This document shows, in pieces, positions 8,328 to 19,774 of a DNA stretch of 64,000 nucleotides (within the stretch, counting starts at the first letter, position 1; every line of letters begins with the position of its first letter). This DNA comes from Actinomycetota bacterium (GTDB lineage Bacteria > Actinomycetota > Actinomycetes > Nanopelagicales > Nanopelagicaceae). The stretch spans positions 22,865 to 86,864 of the forward strand of contig JAPLBE010000013.1 of NCBI GenBank assembly GCA_026392935.1. The letters run 5' to 3'. The position numbers and the translations under genes are program-made. The notes beneath the pieces are model-generated. The model ran no database searches and was not told where the DNA came from. It worked only from the letters and a program-made list of their open reading frames with translations.

Positions 8328-11300
8328 ATGTCATCTGAAGATTTTTCAGCTTCACGGGCATCGACGAAAGACTCATTTGTACATTTGCATGTACACACTG
8401 AGTACTCGATGCTCGATGGTGCTGCGCGCGTCGGAGATCTAGTAAAAGAAGTTGCTCGCCAAGAAATGCCGGCGATTGCAATGACAGATCATGGAAATGT
8501 ATTCGGTGCATTTGATTTCTATAAGCAGGCGACTAAAGCAGGCGTTAAACCGATTATTGGTATTGAAGCCTATGTCGCTCCTGAATCTAGATTTGATAAA
8601 AAGCGGGTTCAGTGGGCCGATGGTGGAGAAGATGATGTCTCAGGCGGCGGTGCATATACGCACATGACAATATTGGCCGAGAACAATCAAGGACTTGCAA
8701 ATCTGTTTAGGCTCTCCTCTTTAGCTTCACTTGAGGGTTATTACTACAAGCCACGTATGGATCGCGAACTCATTTCACGTTACGCAGATGGACTTATTGC
8801 AACAACTGGATGTCCCGGTGGAGAAATTCAGACACGGCTGCGTATGGGTAATTTCAAAGAAGCCCTCAGGGCAGCAAGTGATTACAGAGATATTTTTGGA
8901 GCACAAAATTTCTTCCTGGAAGTAATGGATCATCAGATTGATATTGAGAGCCGAGTAAAGGCAGATTTGATCAAGTTAGGTAGAGAACTAAAACTTCCAT
9001 GGCTAGCAACTAATGATTTGCACTACACATTCCATGAAGATGCTCCGGCACATGAGGCGCTTCTATGCGTTCAATCTGGATCCACACTTGCCGATCCGAA
9101 GCGATTTAAGTTCGATAATCATGAGTTCTATCTGAAAACTCCCGCTCAGATGCGCGAGCTCTTTAAAGAGATTCCTGAATCTTGCGACAACACTCTGCTC
9201 ATTGCAGAGCGTTGCAATGTAAAACTGCGTGAAGATGAAAATCTCTTGCCCGCGTTCGATGTGCCTAAAGATGAAACCGAAGATTCATGGTTGCGCAAAG
9301 AGGCAGAACGTGGCTTACGAGAAAGAATGGGGGATAGGGCAACTCCAGAACATTTCACGCGCCTTAACTACGAATTAGATGTCATGATAAAAATGGGCTT
9401 CCCGGGTTACTTCCTTGTCGTTGCGGACTTGGTAACGCATGCTAAGAAAGTCGGAATCCGCGTAGGGCCCGGTCGCGGTTCTGCAGCGGGATCACTTGTT
9501 GCATATGCACTTGGAATTACCGGGCTTGACCCAATAGAGCACGGATTACTTTTTGAACGTTTTCTCAATCCTGAACGTATCTCTATGCCCGATATTGATC
9601 TCGACTTCGATGAACGCAGACGCTCAGAGATGATTCGCTATGCAACCGAAAGATATGGTGAGGACCGCGTTGCGCAGATTATTACCTACGGAACAATTAA
9701 ATCTAAGCAGTCACTGAAAGATGCAACCCGTGTACTTGGCTATCCATATGCAATCGGTGAGAAGTTAACTAAAGCGCTTCCGCCATCAGTTATGGGCAAG
9801 GACATTACTCTCTCTGGTGTCTTTGATAACAAGGATGCTCGCTTTGGAGAAGCTGGTGAATTTAGAACTCTGTATGAAACTGATCCTGATTCAAAACGTG
9901 TGGTTGACCTTGCTAAAGGCCTCGAAGGACTCAAACGTCAATGGGGAGTGCATGCAGCTGGTGTGATTCTTTCTCGTGAACCGTTGCTCGATGTCATTCC
10001 CATTCACCGCCGAGAAGCTGATGGTGCAATCATTACTCAGTTCGATATGGGTGCTTGCGAAGCGACCGGTTTGCTCAAGATGGATTTTCTCGGACTACGA
10101 AACCTCTCAGTACTCGATGATGCATTGCTCAATATCAAATCGAATCAAAATGTCGACCTGGTTCTTGAAGATCTTGTCTTATCTGATCAAAAGACCTTCG
10201 AGCTTCTTTCGCGCGGGGACACTCTTGGAGTCTTTCAGCTAGACGGTGGTCCTATGAGAGCGCTGCTACGTAGCATGTCGCCAGATTCTTTTGCAGATAT
10301 TTCAGCTGTTATCGCGCTCTATCGACCGGGCCCAATGGGGGAGAACGCGCACAACAACTACGCAGATCGAAAGAATGGTCGCAAACCAGTTGAACCAATC
10401 CATCCAGAGCTATCAGAAGTTCTGAATGATATTTTGGGTGATACCTACGGACTTATTGTGTATCAAGAACAAGTCATGGCAATCGCCCAGAAAGTTGCAG
10501 GATTTACTCTCGGGCGCGCGGATCTCTTGCGCAAAGCAATGGGTAAGAAGAATAAAGAGATTCTTGATAAGGAGTACATTCCATTTGAAGCAGGTATGAA
10601 AGCTAACGGATTCTCTGAAGCTGCAATTAAACGCCTCTGGGAAGTTCTTATCCCGTTCTCTGACTATGCATTTAACCGCGCACACAGCGCGGGGTACGGA
10701 GTCGTTTCTTTCTGGACCGCCTACTTAAAAGCAAATTTCCCTACTGAATACATGGCAGCACTGCTTACAAGTGTTCGTGATGATAAAGATAACTCGGCCC
10801 TTTATCTCTCCGAGTGCAGAAGAATGGGAATCAAAGTTCTGCCTCCTGATGTAAATGAGTCCGATGCTGAATACACCCCGCGTGGCAAAGATATTCGATT
10901 TGGCTTGGCCGCAATTCGAAATGTCGGAGAAGGTGTTGTGGCGTCAGTAAAGGCATCGCGTGCAACCAAGGGTGCATTTACATCGTTTGGTGATTTCTTA
11001 GCAAAAGTTGATGCCAATGTGTGTAATAAAAAAACAATTGAATCACTTATCAAAGCGGGTGCCTTCGATTCACTTAACCACCCGCGCAAGGGTTTGATGG
11101 CCGTTCATCTTGAGGCAATTGATTCAGTTATCGAAACCAAGCGAGCAGAAGCCATTGGCCAATTTGATCTCTTCGGTGGTGATTCAATTTCTACAGTTGT
11201 TGGCTTAGACGTAGAAATTCCAAATACAGAATGGGATAAATCAACGCTTCTGACCTTTGAGCGAGAGATGTTGGGTCTGTACGTCTCTGATCATCCTTTG

Positions 11301-11861
11301 TTGGGTGTGGAGCACGTACTTCGTTCGCATACAGATATGTCAATAAGCCAGTTGTTAGATGACAGTCCTCCGGAAGGCGTTGTCACAATTGGAGGTTTGA
11401 TTACCGGAATTCAGCGAAAAGTTTCTCGCCAAGGTGCCTCATGGGCAGTAGTAAATGTTGAAGATCTAGAGGGTGCCATTGAAGTTCTCTTCTTCTCAAA
11501 TACATACAATCAATATGCACTCTCCTTGACCGAAGATCGCGTCGTGGTTGTTCGCGGTCGATTCTCGCGTACGGATGAGCAAGTACGTTTCACTGCACTA
11601 GAAATGAAGATGCCAGATATCTCAGCTGCCCCTACCGGCCCACTTCTTATTTCGCTACCGGCTTCACAAATAACACCACCAATTATCGAGAGAGTTAAAG
11701 AGATCTTGCGATCTCACCCAGGTAAACGTGAAGTTCATCTGCACGTTATTGGCCAACAGAAATCAACAACGATGAAAATTGACGCGCTAGTAACATCTTC
11801 ACCAAGTTTGAGCGCCGATTTGAAAGCAATTCTGGGCCCTGACTGCCTCGTTCGAATATAG
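8328..11861 (+). CDS. dnaE: DNA polymerase III alpha subunit
   Basis: 1177-aa ORF. PHP domain (FVHLHVHTEYSMLDGA), polymerase core and an OB fold. No intein-sized insertion. Confidence 0.97.
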   Translation: MSSEDFSASRASTKDSFVHLHVHTEYSMLDGAARVGDLVKEVARQEMPAIAMTDHGNVFGAFDFYKQATKAGVKPIIGIEAYVAPESRFDKKRVQWADGGEDDVSGGGAYTHMTILAENNQGLANLFRLSSLASLEGYYYKPRMDRELISRYADGLIATTGCPGGEIQTRLRMGNFKEALRAASDYRDIFGAQNFFLEVMDHQIDIESRVKADLIKLGRELKLPWLATNDLHYTFHEDAPAHEALLCVQSGSTLADPKRFKFDNHEFYLKTPAQMRELFKEIPESCDNTLLIAERCNVKLREDENLLPAFDVPKDETEDSWLRKEAERGLRERMGDRATPEHFTRLNYELDVMIKMGFPGYFLVVADLVTHAKKVGIRVGPGRGSAAGSLVAYALGITGLDPIEHGLLFERFLNPERISMPDIDLDFDERRRSEMIRYATERYGEDRVAQIITYGTIKSKQSLKDATRVLGYPYAIGEKLTKALPPSVMGKDITLSGVFDNKDARFGEAGEFRTLYETDPDSKRVVDLAKGLEGLKRQWGVHAAGVILSREPLLDVIPIHRREADGAIITQFDMGACEATGLLKMDFLGLRNLSVLDDALLNIKSNQNVDLVLEDLVLSDQKTFELLSRGDTLGVFQLDGGPMRALLRSMSPDSFADISAVIALYRPGPMGENAHNNYADRKNGRKPVEPIHPELSEVLNDILGDTYGLIVYQEQVMAIAQKVAGFTLGRADLLRKAMGKKNKEILDKEYIPFEAGMKANGFSEAAIKRLWEVLIPFSDYAFNRAHSAGYGVVSFWTAYLKANFPTEYMAALLTSVRDDKDNSALYLSECRRMGIKVLPPDVNESDAEYTPRGKDIRFGLAAIRNVGEGVVASVKASRATKGAFTSFGDFLAKVDANVCNKKTIESLIKAGAFDSLNHPRKGLMAVHLEAIDSVIETKRAEAIGQFDLFGGDSISTVVGLDVEIPNTEWDKSTLLTFEREMLGLYVSDHPLLGVEHVLRSHTDMSISQLLDDSPPEGVVTIGGLITGIQRKVSRQGASWAVVNVEDLEGAIEVLFFSNTYNQYALSLTEDRVVVVRGRFSRTDEQVRFTALEMKMPDISAAPTGPLLISLPASQITPPIIERVKEILRSHPGKREVHLHVIGQQKSTTMKIDALVTSSPSLSADLKAILGPDCLVRI

Positions 11862-11900
11862 CTAGCCCAAATCTCGTCTCGCCAGCAAAGTTTGGCAAAG

Positions 11901-11906
11901 TAGAAT
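11901..11906 (+). promoter_or_regulatory. Putative -10 box (TAGAAT) for a leaderless hisD transcript
   Basis: TAGAAT lies exactly 6 nt upstream of GTG 11913, and the 51-nt spacer has no SD. Confidence 0.4.
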
Positions 11907-11912
11907 ACGTGT

Positions 11913-13220
11913 GTGATTCGCACCGTAGACCTACGTGGAATGTCCTTGGATAAAGCTGGCTACCAAGGTCTTTTGCCGCGAGCAACTCTTGATGTTGCCA
12001 CAGCAATGATTGCAATCGAACCAATTTTGAAACGTGTCCGTGAAGGAAGCGAATCCGACCTGATTTCATTAGCGCAAGAATTCGATGGAGTAACTCCTCA
12101 ATCAATTCGAGTTCCACAATCAGAACTTGATAAATCTCTGGCAGAACTTGAGCCAGAGATCCGCAAAGCATTAGAAATATCTGCTGAACGAATTCGGACA
12201 GTGCACAGAGATCAAGTACGCGCAGGGCACACGACAAAAGTTGTAGATGGTGGTGTTGTTACTAAGAAATGGATTCCAGTTGATCGTGTCGGCCTCTATG
12301 TGCCTGGTGGTCGTGCTGTGTATCCAAGTAGCGTCATGATGAATGTCATTCCTGCACAGATTGCAGAAGTTTCCAGCATCGCAGTTGCATCCCCACCACA
12401 GAAAGAATTTGGGGGATTGCCACACCCGACAATCCTGGCAACGTGCGCACTTCTTGGAATTACTGAGGTGTATGCAGTGGGAGGAGCGCAAGCTATTGCT
12501 CTCTTTGGTTACGGAATGAAAAATCTCTGTGAAAAATGTGATTTAGTCACTGGTCCAGGAAATATTTATGTTGCGGCAGCCAAACGTGCACTTCGCGGAA
12601 TCATAGGAATTGATTCTGAAGCTGGACCTACAGAGATTGCGATTCTTGCTGATGACACTGCATTGGCATCAGATGTTGCCTCCGATCTAATCAGCCAAGC
12701 CGAACATGATGTGATTGCGGCAGCCGTGCTTGTAACACCTTCCGAAAAATTGGCACGCGCCGTCGAAGTAGAACTTGAATCTCGCGTGGCTCGCACCAAG
12801 CACTCTGAACGAATTCGCACCGCACTATCTGGAATTCAATCTGCAATAGCTCTCGTAGATTCCACTGAACAAGGAATAGATGTTGTTAATGCCTACGCCG
12901 CAGAGCACCTTGAGATTCAGACTTCCCAATCAGCACAAGATGCTTCACGAATTCGAAATGCAGGGGCAGTATTTATTGGGCGCTTCTCACCTGTTTCACT
13001 GGGCGATTATTCAGCAGGTTCAAACCACGTATTACCTACCGGTGGTTGCGCTTGTCATAGCTCGGGTTTATCAGTGCAAACATTTCTTCGCGGATTACAT
13101 TTCATCGAGTACAACGAGCAAGCATTTACAGATATTGCGGCGACGGTGATAACTCTGGCAAATTCTGAGGATCTTCCGGCGCACGGAGAAGCAATCACTG
13201 CACGTTTGGAGAAGTCATGA
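11913..13220 (+). CDS. hisD: Histidinol dehydrogenase
   Basis: 435-aa ORF with a GTG start and typical HisD sequence ([19 protein letters not shown]). Confidence 0.95.
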   Translation: MIRTVDLRGMSLDKAGYQGLLPRATLDVATAMIAIEPILKRVREGSESDLISLAQEFDGVTPQSIRVPQSELDKSLAELEPEIRKALEISAERIRTVHRDQVRAGHTTKVVDGGVVTKKWIPVDRVGLYVPGGRAVYPSSVMMNVIPAQIAEVSSIAVASPPQKEFGGLPHPTILATCALLGITEVYAVGGAQAIALFGYGMKNLCEKCDLVTGPGNIYVAAAKRALRGIIGIDSEAGPTEIAILADDTALASDVASDLISQAEHDVIAAAVLVTPSEKLARAVEVELESRVARTKHSERIRTALSGIQSAIALVDSTEQGIDVVNAYAAEHLEIQTSQSAQDASRIRNAGAVFIGRFSPVSLGDYSAGSNHVLPTGGCACHSSGLSVQTFLRGLHFIEYNEQAFTDIAATVITLANSEDLPAHGEAITARLEKS

Positions 13221-14305
13221 CGACGTGGCCATCGTGGTTACCTCTTCGTGCGAACTTGCGAGAGCTCTCGCCCTACGGAGCACCCCAAGTTCCTGCAACG
13301 GCAATCATGAATACAAATGAGAATCCGTACTCACCATCATTGCAACTTGCACAAGCTATCTCAGATCGCATCAAAGAAGTTTCTCTCACGCTCAATCGTT
13401 ACCCAGATCGAGATGCAATCACATTACGCAACAAACTTGCTGACTTCATCAATGGGCTTTCGTGCACGAATTTTTCTTCTGAAAATGTGTGGGCAGCTAA
13501 TGGCAGTAATGAGATTATTCAATCTCTCTTCCTCGCCTTTGGTTCTGGAAAAGCACTTGGGTTCACGCCGTCGTATTCAATGCACCCACTCATTGCCAAA
13601 GTAACTCAAGTGCAATGGATTGCAGGAACGCGCGCTTTAGATTTTTCACTTGATGTAGACAGTGCTATTGCACAGATCGAAGACTCTCAACCCGTGCTTA
13701 CTTTTATTACGACTCCGAACAACCCAACCGGAACATCAATCTCCCTCTCTGAGCTCGAAAGAATTGCACAGAACTGTCCAGGGTTATTAGTTATAGACGA
13801 GGCTTATGCAGAATTTTCAGATGAAAAATCAGCCGTGACTCTCATTGAAAAGTATCCGCACATTGTTGTAATTCGCACAATGAGCAAGGCTTTCGCATTT
13901 GCCGGCGCACGATTGGGGTACCTCGTTGCACACCCATCAGTAATCGAATCTATGTTTTTGGTTCGCCTTCCGTATCACCTCAGCGCACTCACTCAAGCTG
14001 CGGCTGAGGTTGCAATCGACTTCAGCGATGAACTCCTTGCCACTGTGTCCCAATTGCGTAAGGCCCGTGAACTCATGAAGGTTAATCTCGAGCAGCTGGG
14101 TCTCCGCGTCGTTCCAAGTAGTTCTAACTTCCTGCTATTTACCGGATTTAAGCAACCTTCGGCTCAACTTTGGCAGGCGCTTTTGGATAGAGGCGTTCTC
14201 ATTAGAGATGTGGGATTATTAGGGTACTTAAGAGTCACCATTGGCAATGAAGCCGAAAATAAAAACTTTATCGAATCTTTATCGTCTTGCTTGGGAGAAA
14301 AATGA
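13217..14305 (+). CDS. hisC: Histidinol-phosphate aminotransferase
   Basis: ATGA overlap with the hisD stop. Class II aminotransferase with PLP-lysine context ([16 protein letters not shown]). Confidence 0.93.
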   Translation: MTTWPSWLPLRANLRELSPYGAPQVPATAIMNTNENPYSPSLQLAQAISDRIKEVSLTLNRYPDRDAITLRNKLADFINGLSCTNFSSENVWAANGSNEIIQSLFLAFGSGKALGFTPSYSMHPLIAKVTQVQWIAGTRALDFSLDVDSAIAQIEDSQPVLTFITTPNNPTGTSISLSELERIAQNCPGLLVIDEAYAEFSDEKSAVTLIEKYPHIVVIRTMSKAFAFAGARLGYLVAHPSVIESMFLVRLPYHLSALTQAAAEVAIDFSDELLATVSQLRKARELMKVNLEQLGLRVVPSSSNFLLFTGFKQPSAQLWQALLDRGVLIRDVGLLGYLRVTIGNEAENKNFIESLSSCLGEK

Positions 14306-14886
14306 GAAAAGCACGAGTAGAACGCACAACGAAAGAATCTAGCGTTCTTGTTGAGTTAAATCTCGACGGAACTGGACAGATTTCAGTTGATACAGGAGTT
14401 CCATTCTTCGATCACATGCTCTCGCAACTTGGAAAGCACTCTGGATTTGATCTCACGGTAAAGACAGCTGGTGATGTTGATGTTGACTCACACCACACAG
14501 TCGAAGATACATCTCTTGCATTCGGACAAGCTCTTCGAGAAGCGCTCGGAGATAAAGCAGGCATTCGTCGCTTTGGCGACGCGATAGTTCCACTTGATGA
14601 AGTCTTGGTTCAGGCAGCTGTAGATTTATCAGGTCGTCCATATCTTGTTCATCGCCAGCCAGAGATTGTCGAACTAATTGGAACTTTTGATACAACACTT
14701 GGAAAGCACATTTGGGAATCAATTGTTGCCGAGGCGCACATCGCGCTGCATGTTCGCGTACTTGAAGGTCGCAACGCACATCACGTATTCGAAGCACAAT
14801 TTAAAGCAGTTGCTCGTGCATTGCGCGACGCGGTTACTTTAGATTCGCGAGTTTCAGGGATTCCGTCCACAAAGGGTTCGCTCTAA
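14302..14886 (+). CDS. hisB: Imidazoleglycerol-phosphate dehydratase
   Basis: ATG 14302 overlaps the hisC stop (ATGA), with GGGAGA upstream. Motifs DSHHTVED and NAHH. The ORF-track start at 14287 is less likely. Confidence 0.93.
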   Translation: MRKARVERTTKESSVLVELNLDGTGQISVDTGVPFFDHMLSQLGKHSGFDLTVKTAGDVDVDSHHTVEDTSLAFGQALREALGDKAGIRRFGDAIVPLDEVLVQAAVDLSGRPYLVHRQPEIVELIGTFDTTLGKHIWESIVAEAHIALHVRVLEGRNAHHVFEAQFKAVARALRDAVTLDSRVSGIPSTKGSL

Positions 14887-14890
14887 TTTC

Positions 14891-15484
14891 GTGATTGCGA
14901 TTCTCGATTACGGATCTGGAAATCTTCGTTCTGCACAACGCGCTTTCGAAACCAGCGGGCGTGAAGTACTGATTACTTCCGATTTCGACGCCGCACTCAA
15001 TGCAGAAGGATTAGTTGTCCCTGGGGTAGGTGCATTCGCGGCTTGCATGAATGGATTAATTGCAGTGCGTGGAGATAAGTTGGTGCGAGAAAGAATTGCG
15101 CTCAAGCGTCCAACGCTTGGAATATGTGTTGGGATGCAAATTCTTTTTGCACAGGGGATTGAGCGTGGAAATCATAAAGGTGTAGGAATCTGGGAGAACA
15201 CGGTTGAAAAACTGGATGCGCCAATTTTGCCGCACATGGGTTGGAATACCGTCACCGCAAATCCTTCAAGCCTACTCTTTTCAGGTGTTGAAAACGAATC
15301 TTTCTACTTCGTGCACTCATATGCAGTGAAGAAGAGCGCAGGAGAGTGTGCAACTTTTTCACACCATGGGGAAGACTTTCTTGCGGCCGTGGAAGATGGT
15401 GCCATCTCTGCAACTCAATTCCACCCTGAAAAATCAGGCGATGCAGGTCTTCAACTTATAAAGAATTGGATATCAACGCTATGA
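14891..15484 (+). CDS. hisH: Imidazole glycerol phosphate synthase, glutaminase subunit
   Basis: GTG start. Class I amidotransferase (GICVGMQ and a FHPEKS-type His/Glu). Confidence 0.93.
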   Translation: MIAILDYGSGNLRSAQRAFETSGREVLITSDFDAALNAEGLVVPGVGAFAACMNGLIAVRGDKLVRERIALKRPTLGICVGMQILFAQGIERGNHKGVGIWENTVEKLDAPILPHMGWNTVTANPSSLLFSGVENESFYFVHSYAVKKSAGECATFSHHGEDFLAAVEDGAISATQFHPEKSGDAGLQLIKNWISTL

Positions 15485-16206
15485 GCTACTTGGAACTTCT
15501 TCCAGCTGTTGATGTAAAAGATGCTCGCGCGGTAAGACTTGTACAAGGAGAACTGAGCGCCGAAACGGCATATGGCAACCCACTAGAAGTTGCTCTGGAA
15601 TTTCAAGCAGCGGGCGCCGAATGGTTACACCTTGTCGATTTAGATGCTGCATTTGGCCGAGGAGAAAATAGTGCACTTCTCGCGGAAGTTGTTGGAAAAC
15701 TAGATATTAAAGTTGAGCTCTCCGGTGGAATTCGCGATGATCAATCACTCGCTCGCGCACTTGCCACCGGATGTAGACGAGTAAATCTTGGTACCGCTGC
15801 ACTTGAAAATCCAGAATGGACTGCTCGAGTTATTGCAGAGCACGGAGATCGTATTGCAGTAGGTCTTGATGTGAGAGGTCATGTTTTAGCTGCACGTGGT
15901 TGGACACAACAGGGTGGCGATCTCTTTGAAACAATCGAACGCTTAGAGCGCGATGGTTGTCAACGGTATGTAGTTACTGATGTAACTAAAGATGGAACTT
16001 TGAAAGGTCCAAATCTCACACTGCTCAAAGAAGTATGTGCTGTGACAAAAGCTCCAGTAGTTGCCTCTGGCGGAATTTCGTCACTGGAAGATATCTCAGC
16101 ACTCATTTCACTTAATGCAACTGGTGTTGAAGGTGCGATAGTAGGTAAGGCTCTCTATGCCGGTGCATTCACGTTGCAGCAAGCTTTGGAACTCACTCAA
16201 TCATGA
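15481..16206 (+). CDS. hisA: ProFAR isomerase HisA, probably the bifunctional PriA (HisA/TrpF) type
   Basis: ATG 15481 overlaps the hisH stop (ATGA). (Beta/alpha)8 HisA sequence (LELLPAVDV..., [13 protein letters not shown]). No trpF in the adjacent trp cluster. Confidence 0.9.
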   Translation: MSYLELLPAVDVKDARAVRLVQGELSAETAYGNPLEVALEFQAAGAEWLHLVDLDAAFGRGENSALLAEVVGKLDIKVELSGGIRDDQSLARALATGCRRVNLGTAALENPEWTARVIAEHGDRIAVGLDVRGHVLAARGWTQQGGDLFETIERLERDGCQRYVVTDVTKDGTLKGPNLTLLKEVCAVTKAPVVASGGISSLEDISALISLNATGVEGAIVGKALYAGAFTLQQALELTQS

Positions 16207-16976
16207 CACTTTCAGTCCGCATTATTCCTTGCCTTGATGTCGCTGATGGGCGAGTAGTAAAAGGAGTTAATTTCACAAATCTGGTCGACGCTGGAGACCC
16301 CGTAGAAATGGCTGCACTGTACGGAAGAGAAGGCGCAGACGAATTAACTTTTCTTGATATTTCCGCAAGTGTTGCGGGGCGCGAAACAACCCTGGATGTT
16401 GTCAGAAGAACTGCAGAGCAAGTTTTCATTCCACTGACTGTGGGTGGAGGTATTCGTACTGTTGAAGATGTTGACCGCCTACTTAGAGCTGGTGCAGATA
16501 AAGTAAGTATCAATACAGCTGCTATTGCTCGCCCAGAACTTATTGCTGAGATTGCAGATCGATTTGGCTCTCAAGTTTTGGTTATCTCAATTGATGCACG
16601 TCGCGCACGCACGGAATCCGGTTTCGAAGTGACAACTCACGGTGGCAGAGAGAGCGCTGGATTAGATGCGCTGGCCTGGGTTGAGAAAGCATGCGAACTC
16701 GGCGTTGGTGAAATTCTTTTGAATTCCATGGATGCTGATGGAACTCGTGCCGGATATGACATCGGAATGATTACCGCAGTTCGCGCCGTTTCCAAGGTGC
16801 CATTGATTGCAAGTGGCGGTGCAGGGGCTCTGGAAGATTTCAGCGCTGCACTAGATGCAGGGGCAGATGCCCTGCTGGCGGCAAGTGTTTTCCACTTCGG
16901 AGTCCATCGCATCGGCGATGTGAAGAAGCACCTGAGTAAGAACAACTATTCAGTGCGCAACGCACATACGGCGTAA
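16203..16976 (+). CDS. hisF: Imidazole glycerol phosphate synthase, cyclase subunit
   Basis: ATGA overlap with hisA. RIIPCLDV start and the [11 protein letters not shown] motif. Confidence 0.95.
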   Translation: MTLSVRIIPCLDVADGRVVKGVNFTNLVDAGDPVEMAALYGREGADELTFLDISASVAGRETTLDVVRRTAEQVFIPLTVGGGIRTVEDVDRLLRAGADKVSINTAAIARPELIAEIADRFGSQVLVISIDARRARTESGFEVTTHGGRESAGLDALAWVEKACELGVGEILLNSMDADGTRAGYDIGMITAVRAVSKVPLIASGGAGALEDFSAALDAGADALLAASVFHFGVHRIGDVKKHLSKNNYSVRNAHTA

Positions 16977-16990
16977 GGCAGAATACGCGC

Positions 16991-17350
16991 ATGAGTTATC
17001 AACTTCCCCCTGAGGTTTCTGCTCTCCTGAAAGATCCCGACTTACTTATCCCGGCTATTGCCCAGGATGTCGTGACTAAAGAAGTTCTCATGCTTGCTTA
17101 TATGAACTCTGAATCTTTAGCGATGACGCTTCAGACAGGGAAGGCGACATACTTTTCGAGAAGCAGAAATGAATTGTGGATTAAAGGTGAATCTTCTGGG
17201 CACACACAATTTGTACATGCAGTTTCACTTGATTGTGATGGCGATGCCCTATTGATTTCAGTTGAGCAAACTGGAGCTGCATGTCACACAGGAAATACTT
17301 CCTGTTTTTACCGCTCACTGCCCAGTTCGCCAATGGGTGGGCGCGCATGA
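16991..17350 (+). CDS. hisI: Phosphoribosyl-AMP cyclohydrolase
   Basis: 119-aa ORF. Motifs [16 protein letters not shown] and CDGDALL...[10 protein letters not shown]. Confidence 0.92.
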   Translation: MSYQLPPEVSALLKDPDLLIPAIAQDVVTKEVLMLAYMNSESLAMTLQTGKATYFSRSRNELWIKGESSGHTQFVHAVSLDCDGDALLISVEQTGAACHTGNTSCFYRSLPSSPMGGRA

Positions 17351-18828
17351 AGATCGAAGAATTTCGTGAGTATGCCAAAAGTAACAATGTAATCCCTGTT
17401 TATCGCAAACTCATTGCTGATGGAGAAACACCGGTAAACATCTATAAAAAATTGGCACACAACAAACCTGGAACATTTCTGTTGGAATCTGCTGAGCACG
17501 GGGGAGTGTGGTCACGTTACTCATTTATCGGGGCGCATAGCCAAACTTCTCTGACAGAAAAAGATGGTGCAGCTGTCTGGATTGGCAAGCCTCCTGCAGG
17601 CGTTCCTGTTGGCATGGATCCGTTAACAGCTCTGCGACTTACTGTGGCACATTTGAAGTCACCAAAAATTGAGGGACTGCCTACACTCACCGGCGGACTT
17701 GTTGGATACATGGGTTATGACGCTGTTCGTCGCCTTGAAAAAATTCCAGAGTTATCACGTAAAGATATTGCACTACCTGAGATTACTTTTATGCTCACAA
17801 GTGATTTGGCTGTTATGGACCACAGTGATGGAACAATCATTCTAATCGCTAATGCCATCAATTGGGACGGATCAGATCAACGTATCGACGAGTCATACTT
17901 TGATGCAGTTGAACGATTGGATCGCATGCAGACCGAGTTGCTGACTCCACTCGCCGGAGATGTTGCACCAATGCCTGCACGTACGACTCCAGAATTTTCA
18001 CGAAATGTATCTTCCGAAGAATTCATCTCCAAAGTTGAGATTGCTAAAGAAGAAATTCGTGCTGGAGAGGCTTTCCAGATAGTTATTTCGCAAAGATTTG
18101 CTATGCAGACCAAAGCAGATGCTTTGGATATCTATCGCATGCTGCGACTTAATAATCCAAGCCCATACATGTACCTATTTAGATTTGAAGATGATTATGA
18201 CGTTGTAGGTTCAAGCCCGGAAGCTCTTGTGAAAGTTACTGGAACTCAAGTGATGGTGCATCCAATCGCTGGAACGCGTAAACGTTCAGCATCTATCGAA
18301 GAAGATATCCGCTTGGGTGAAGAACTCCTGGCAGATCCTAAAGAGCGCGCAGAACATTTGATGTTGGTAGATCTTGGACGTAATGATTTGGGACGCGTCT
18401 GCGCTCCTGGAACAGTTGAAGTTATCGACTTTATGCATATCGAACGTTATTCACATGTCATGCATATTGTTTCTACTGTTATCGGAAAACTCGCAAGCAA
18501 CTCAGCACCAATCGATGCGCTCTTCTCAGTATTTCCGGCGGGCACTCTCTCTGGTGCACCAAAACCTCGAGCTATGGAAATCATCGAATCACTCGAACCA
18601 ACCAGACGCGCTCTCTACGGCGGAGCAATCGGATACTTTGATTTCACTGGCAATATCGATACATGTATTGCAATTCGAACAGCGCTCATTCACGACGGTG
18701 TTGCTTATGTTCAAGCTGGTGCGGGTGTCGTAGCGGATTCTGATCCAGCTTCTGAAAATGAAGAAACTCTCAACAAGGCTGCTGCTGTATTAGGCGCAAT
18801 TGCAGCAGCGAATGAGTTGAAGAAATGA
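17347..18828 (+). CDS. trpE: Anthranilate synthase component I
   Basis: ATG 17347 overlaps the hisI stop (ATGA). Sequence runs [11 protein letters not shown]... with LLESAEHGG and a chorismate-binding C-terminus (GGAIGYFDF). The ORF-track start at 17281 lies inside hisI. Confidence 0.95.
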   Translation: MKIEEFREYAKSNNVIPVYRKLIADGETPVNIYKKLAHNKPGTFLLESAEHGGVWSRYSFIGAHSQTSLTEKDGAAVWIGKPPAGVPVGMDPLTALRLTVAHLKSPKIEGLPTLTGGLVGYMGYDAVRRLEKIPELSRKDIALPEITFMLTSDLAVMDHSDGTIILIANAINWDGSDQRIDESYFDAVERLDRMQTELLTPLAGDVAPMPARTTPEFSRNVSSEEFISKVEIAKEEIRAGEAFQIVISQRFAMQTKADALDIYRMLRLNNPSPYMYLFRFEDDYDVVGSSPEALVKVTGTQVMVHPIAGTRKRSASIEEDIRLGEELLADPKERAEHLMLVDLGRNDLGRVCAPGTVEVIDFMHIERYSHVMHIVSTVIGKLASNSAPIDALFSVFPAGTLSGAPKPRAMEIIESLEPTRRALYGGAIGYFDFTGNIDTCIAIRTALIHDGVAYVQAGAGVVADSDPASENEETLNKAAAVLGAIAAANELKK

Positions 18829-18995
18829 AACTCTTCCTATCCCTTCTCGCAGTAGCTTCAATTGCAATTGTCCTGAGCCGCACCCTGAAGTTATCGAATC
18901 GATATGAGCGTGCTCCACGAGAACTCTCAGAGTGGAATGCGATTGATAAAGGAATTGATCCAACGGATGACAAGATAATTGAAGACAAACTATGA
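18825..18995 (+). CDS. Unannotated 56-aa small membrane protein ([56 protein letters not shown])
   Basis: Below the ORF-track cut-off. Its ATG overlaps the trpE stop and its stop overlaps the trpC ATG (ATGA at both ends). One N-terminal hydrophobic helix and a charged tail. It fills the whole trpE-trpC spacer. Confidence 0.6.
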   Translation: MKLFLSLLAVASIAIVLSRTLKLSNRYERAPRELSEWNAIDKGIDPTDDKIIEDKL

Positions 18996-19765
18996 GCGTT
19001 CTAGATTCAATCATTGAAGGCGTGCGTGAAGATTTAGCAGCTCGACGTTTACCGTTGTCACAAATTCATGAGGCGATGGAACGGGCATCTGCGCCGCTAG
19101 ACGGATATTTATCGCTTTCACGAAACGAGATGAACGTCATTGCAGAAGTCAAACGTTCTTCGCCAAGTAAGGGTGCATTGGCATCAATTACAGATCCAGG
19201 TGCACTTGCCGAGCAGTATCAAGAGTCCGGAGCAGGTGCAGTAAGCGTTCTCACTGAACGAAGGAGATTTGGGGGCTCACTTCAAGATCTCGATGAAGTG
19301 AAAAAGAGAATTACGATTCCAGTTTTACGAAAAGATTTTATGGTTGATGAGTACCAATTCCTCGAAGCTCGTGCACACGGAGCCGACATCGTTCTACTTA
19401 TTGTGGCCGCACTATCGCAATCACAGTTAAGAGATTTCTATGATCTCTCAACTGAGTTAGGGATGTCGGTTCTTGTAGAAGTCCATACCGGTCAAGAACT
19501 GGAGAGCGCCATGGAAATCTCTCCACGAATGATTGGCGTTAATTCAAGAAACTTGAAAACCCTAGAAGTTGATACACGTGCATTCTCTGAACTCATCCCC
19601 GAGATTCCAGCCGAGATAATTCGGGTGGCAGAGTCAGGAATATCTACGCGCAAAGATGTTGAATTTGCCCAGAGCGTTGGCGCGAGTGTGATTTTGGTCG
19701 GGGAAGCCCTTGTGAAATCTGGGGATCCAATTTCCGCCATGCAAGAGTTGCTAGGTCAAAGGTAG
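18992..19765 (+). CDS. trpC: Indole-3-glycerol phosphate synthase
   Basis: 257-aa ORF. IAEVKRSSPSKG, VLTERRRFGGS and the SGI motif. Confidence 0.95.
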   Translation: MSVLDSIIEGVREDLAARRLPLSQIHEAMERASAPLDGYLSLSRNEMNVIAEVKRSSPSKGALASITDPGALAEQYQESGAGAVSVLTERRRFGGSLQDLDEVKKRITIPVLRKDFMVDEYQFLEARAHGADIVLLIVAALSQSQLRDFYDLSTELGMSVLVEVHTGQELESAMEISPRMIGVNSRNLKTLEVDTRAFSELIPEIPAEIIRVAESGISTRKDVEFAQSVGASVILVGEALVKSGDPISAMQELLGQR

Positions 19766-19774
19766 TCTTTGCTC

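Noticed and set aside
17281-17346. N-terminal extensions of ORF-track entries into the upstream gene (trpE 17281, gltD 28938, uvrC 47614, yggS 1173, hisA 15466, hisB 14287, whiA 51504, sufB 61457, sufR 60696, liv binding protein 32782)
   Set aside because: In each case an internal ATG or GTG gives the conserved N-terminus. That start either forms an ATGA/TAATG junction with the upstream stop or has its own SD or -10 box. The extensions would overlap conserved coding sequence.
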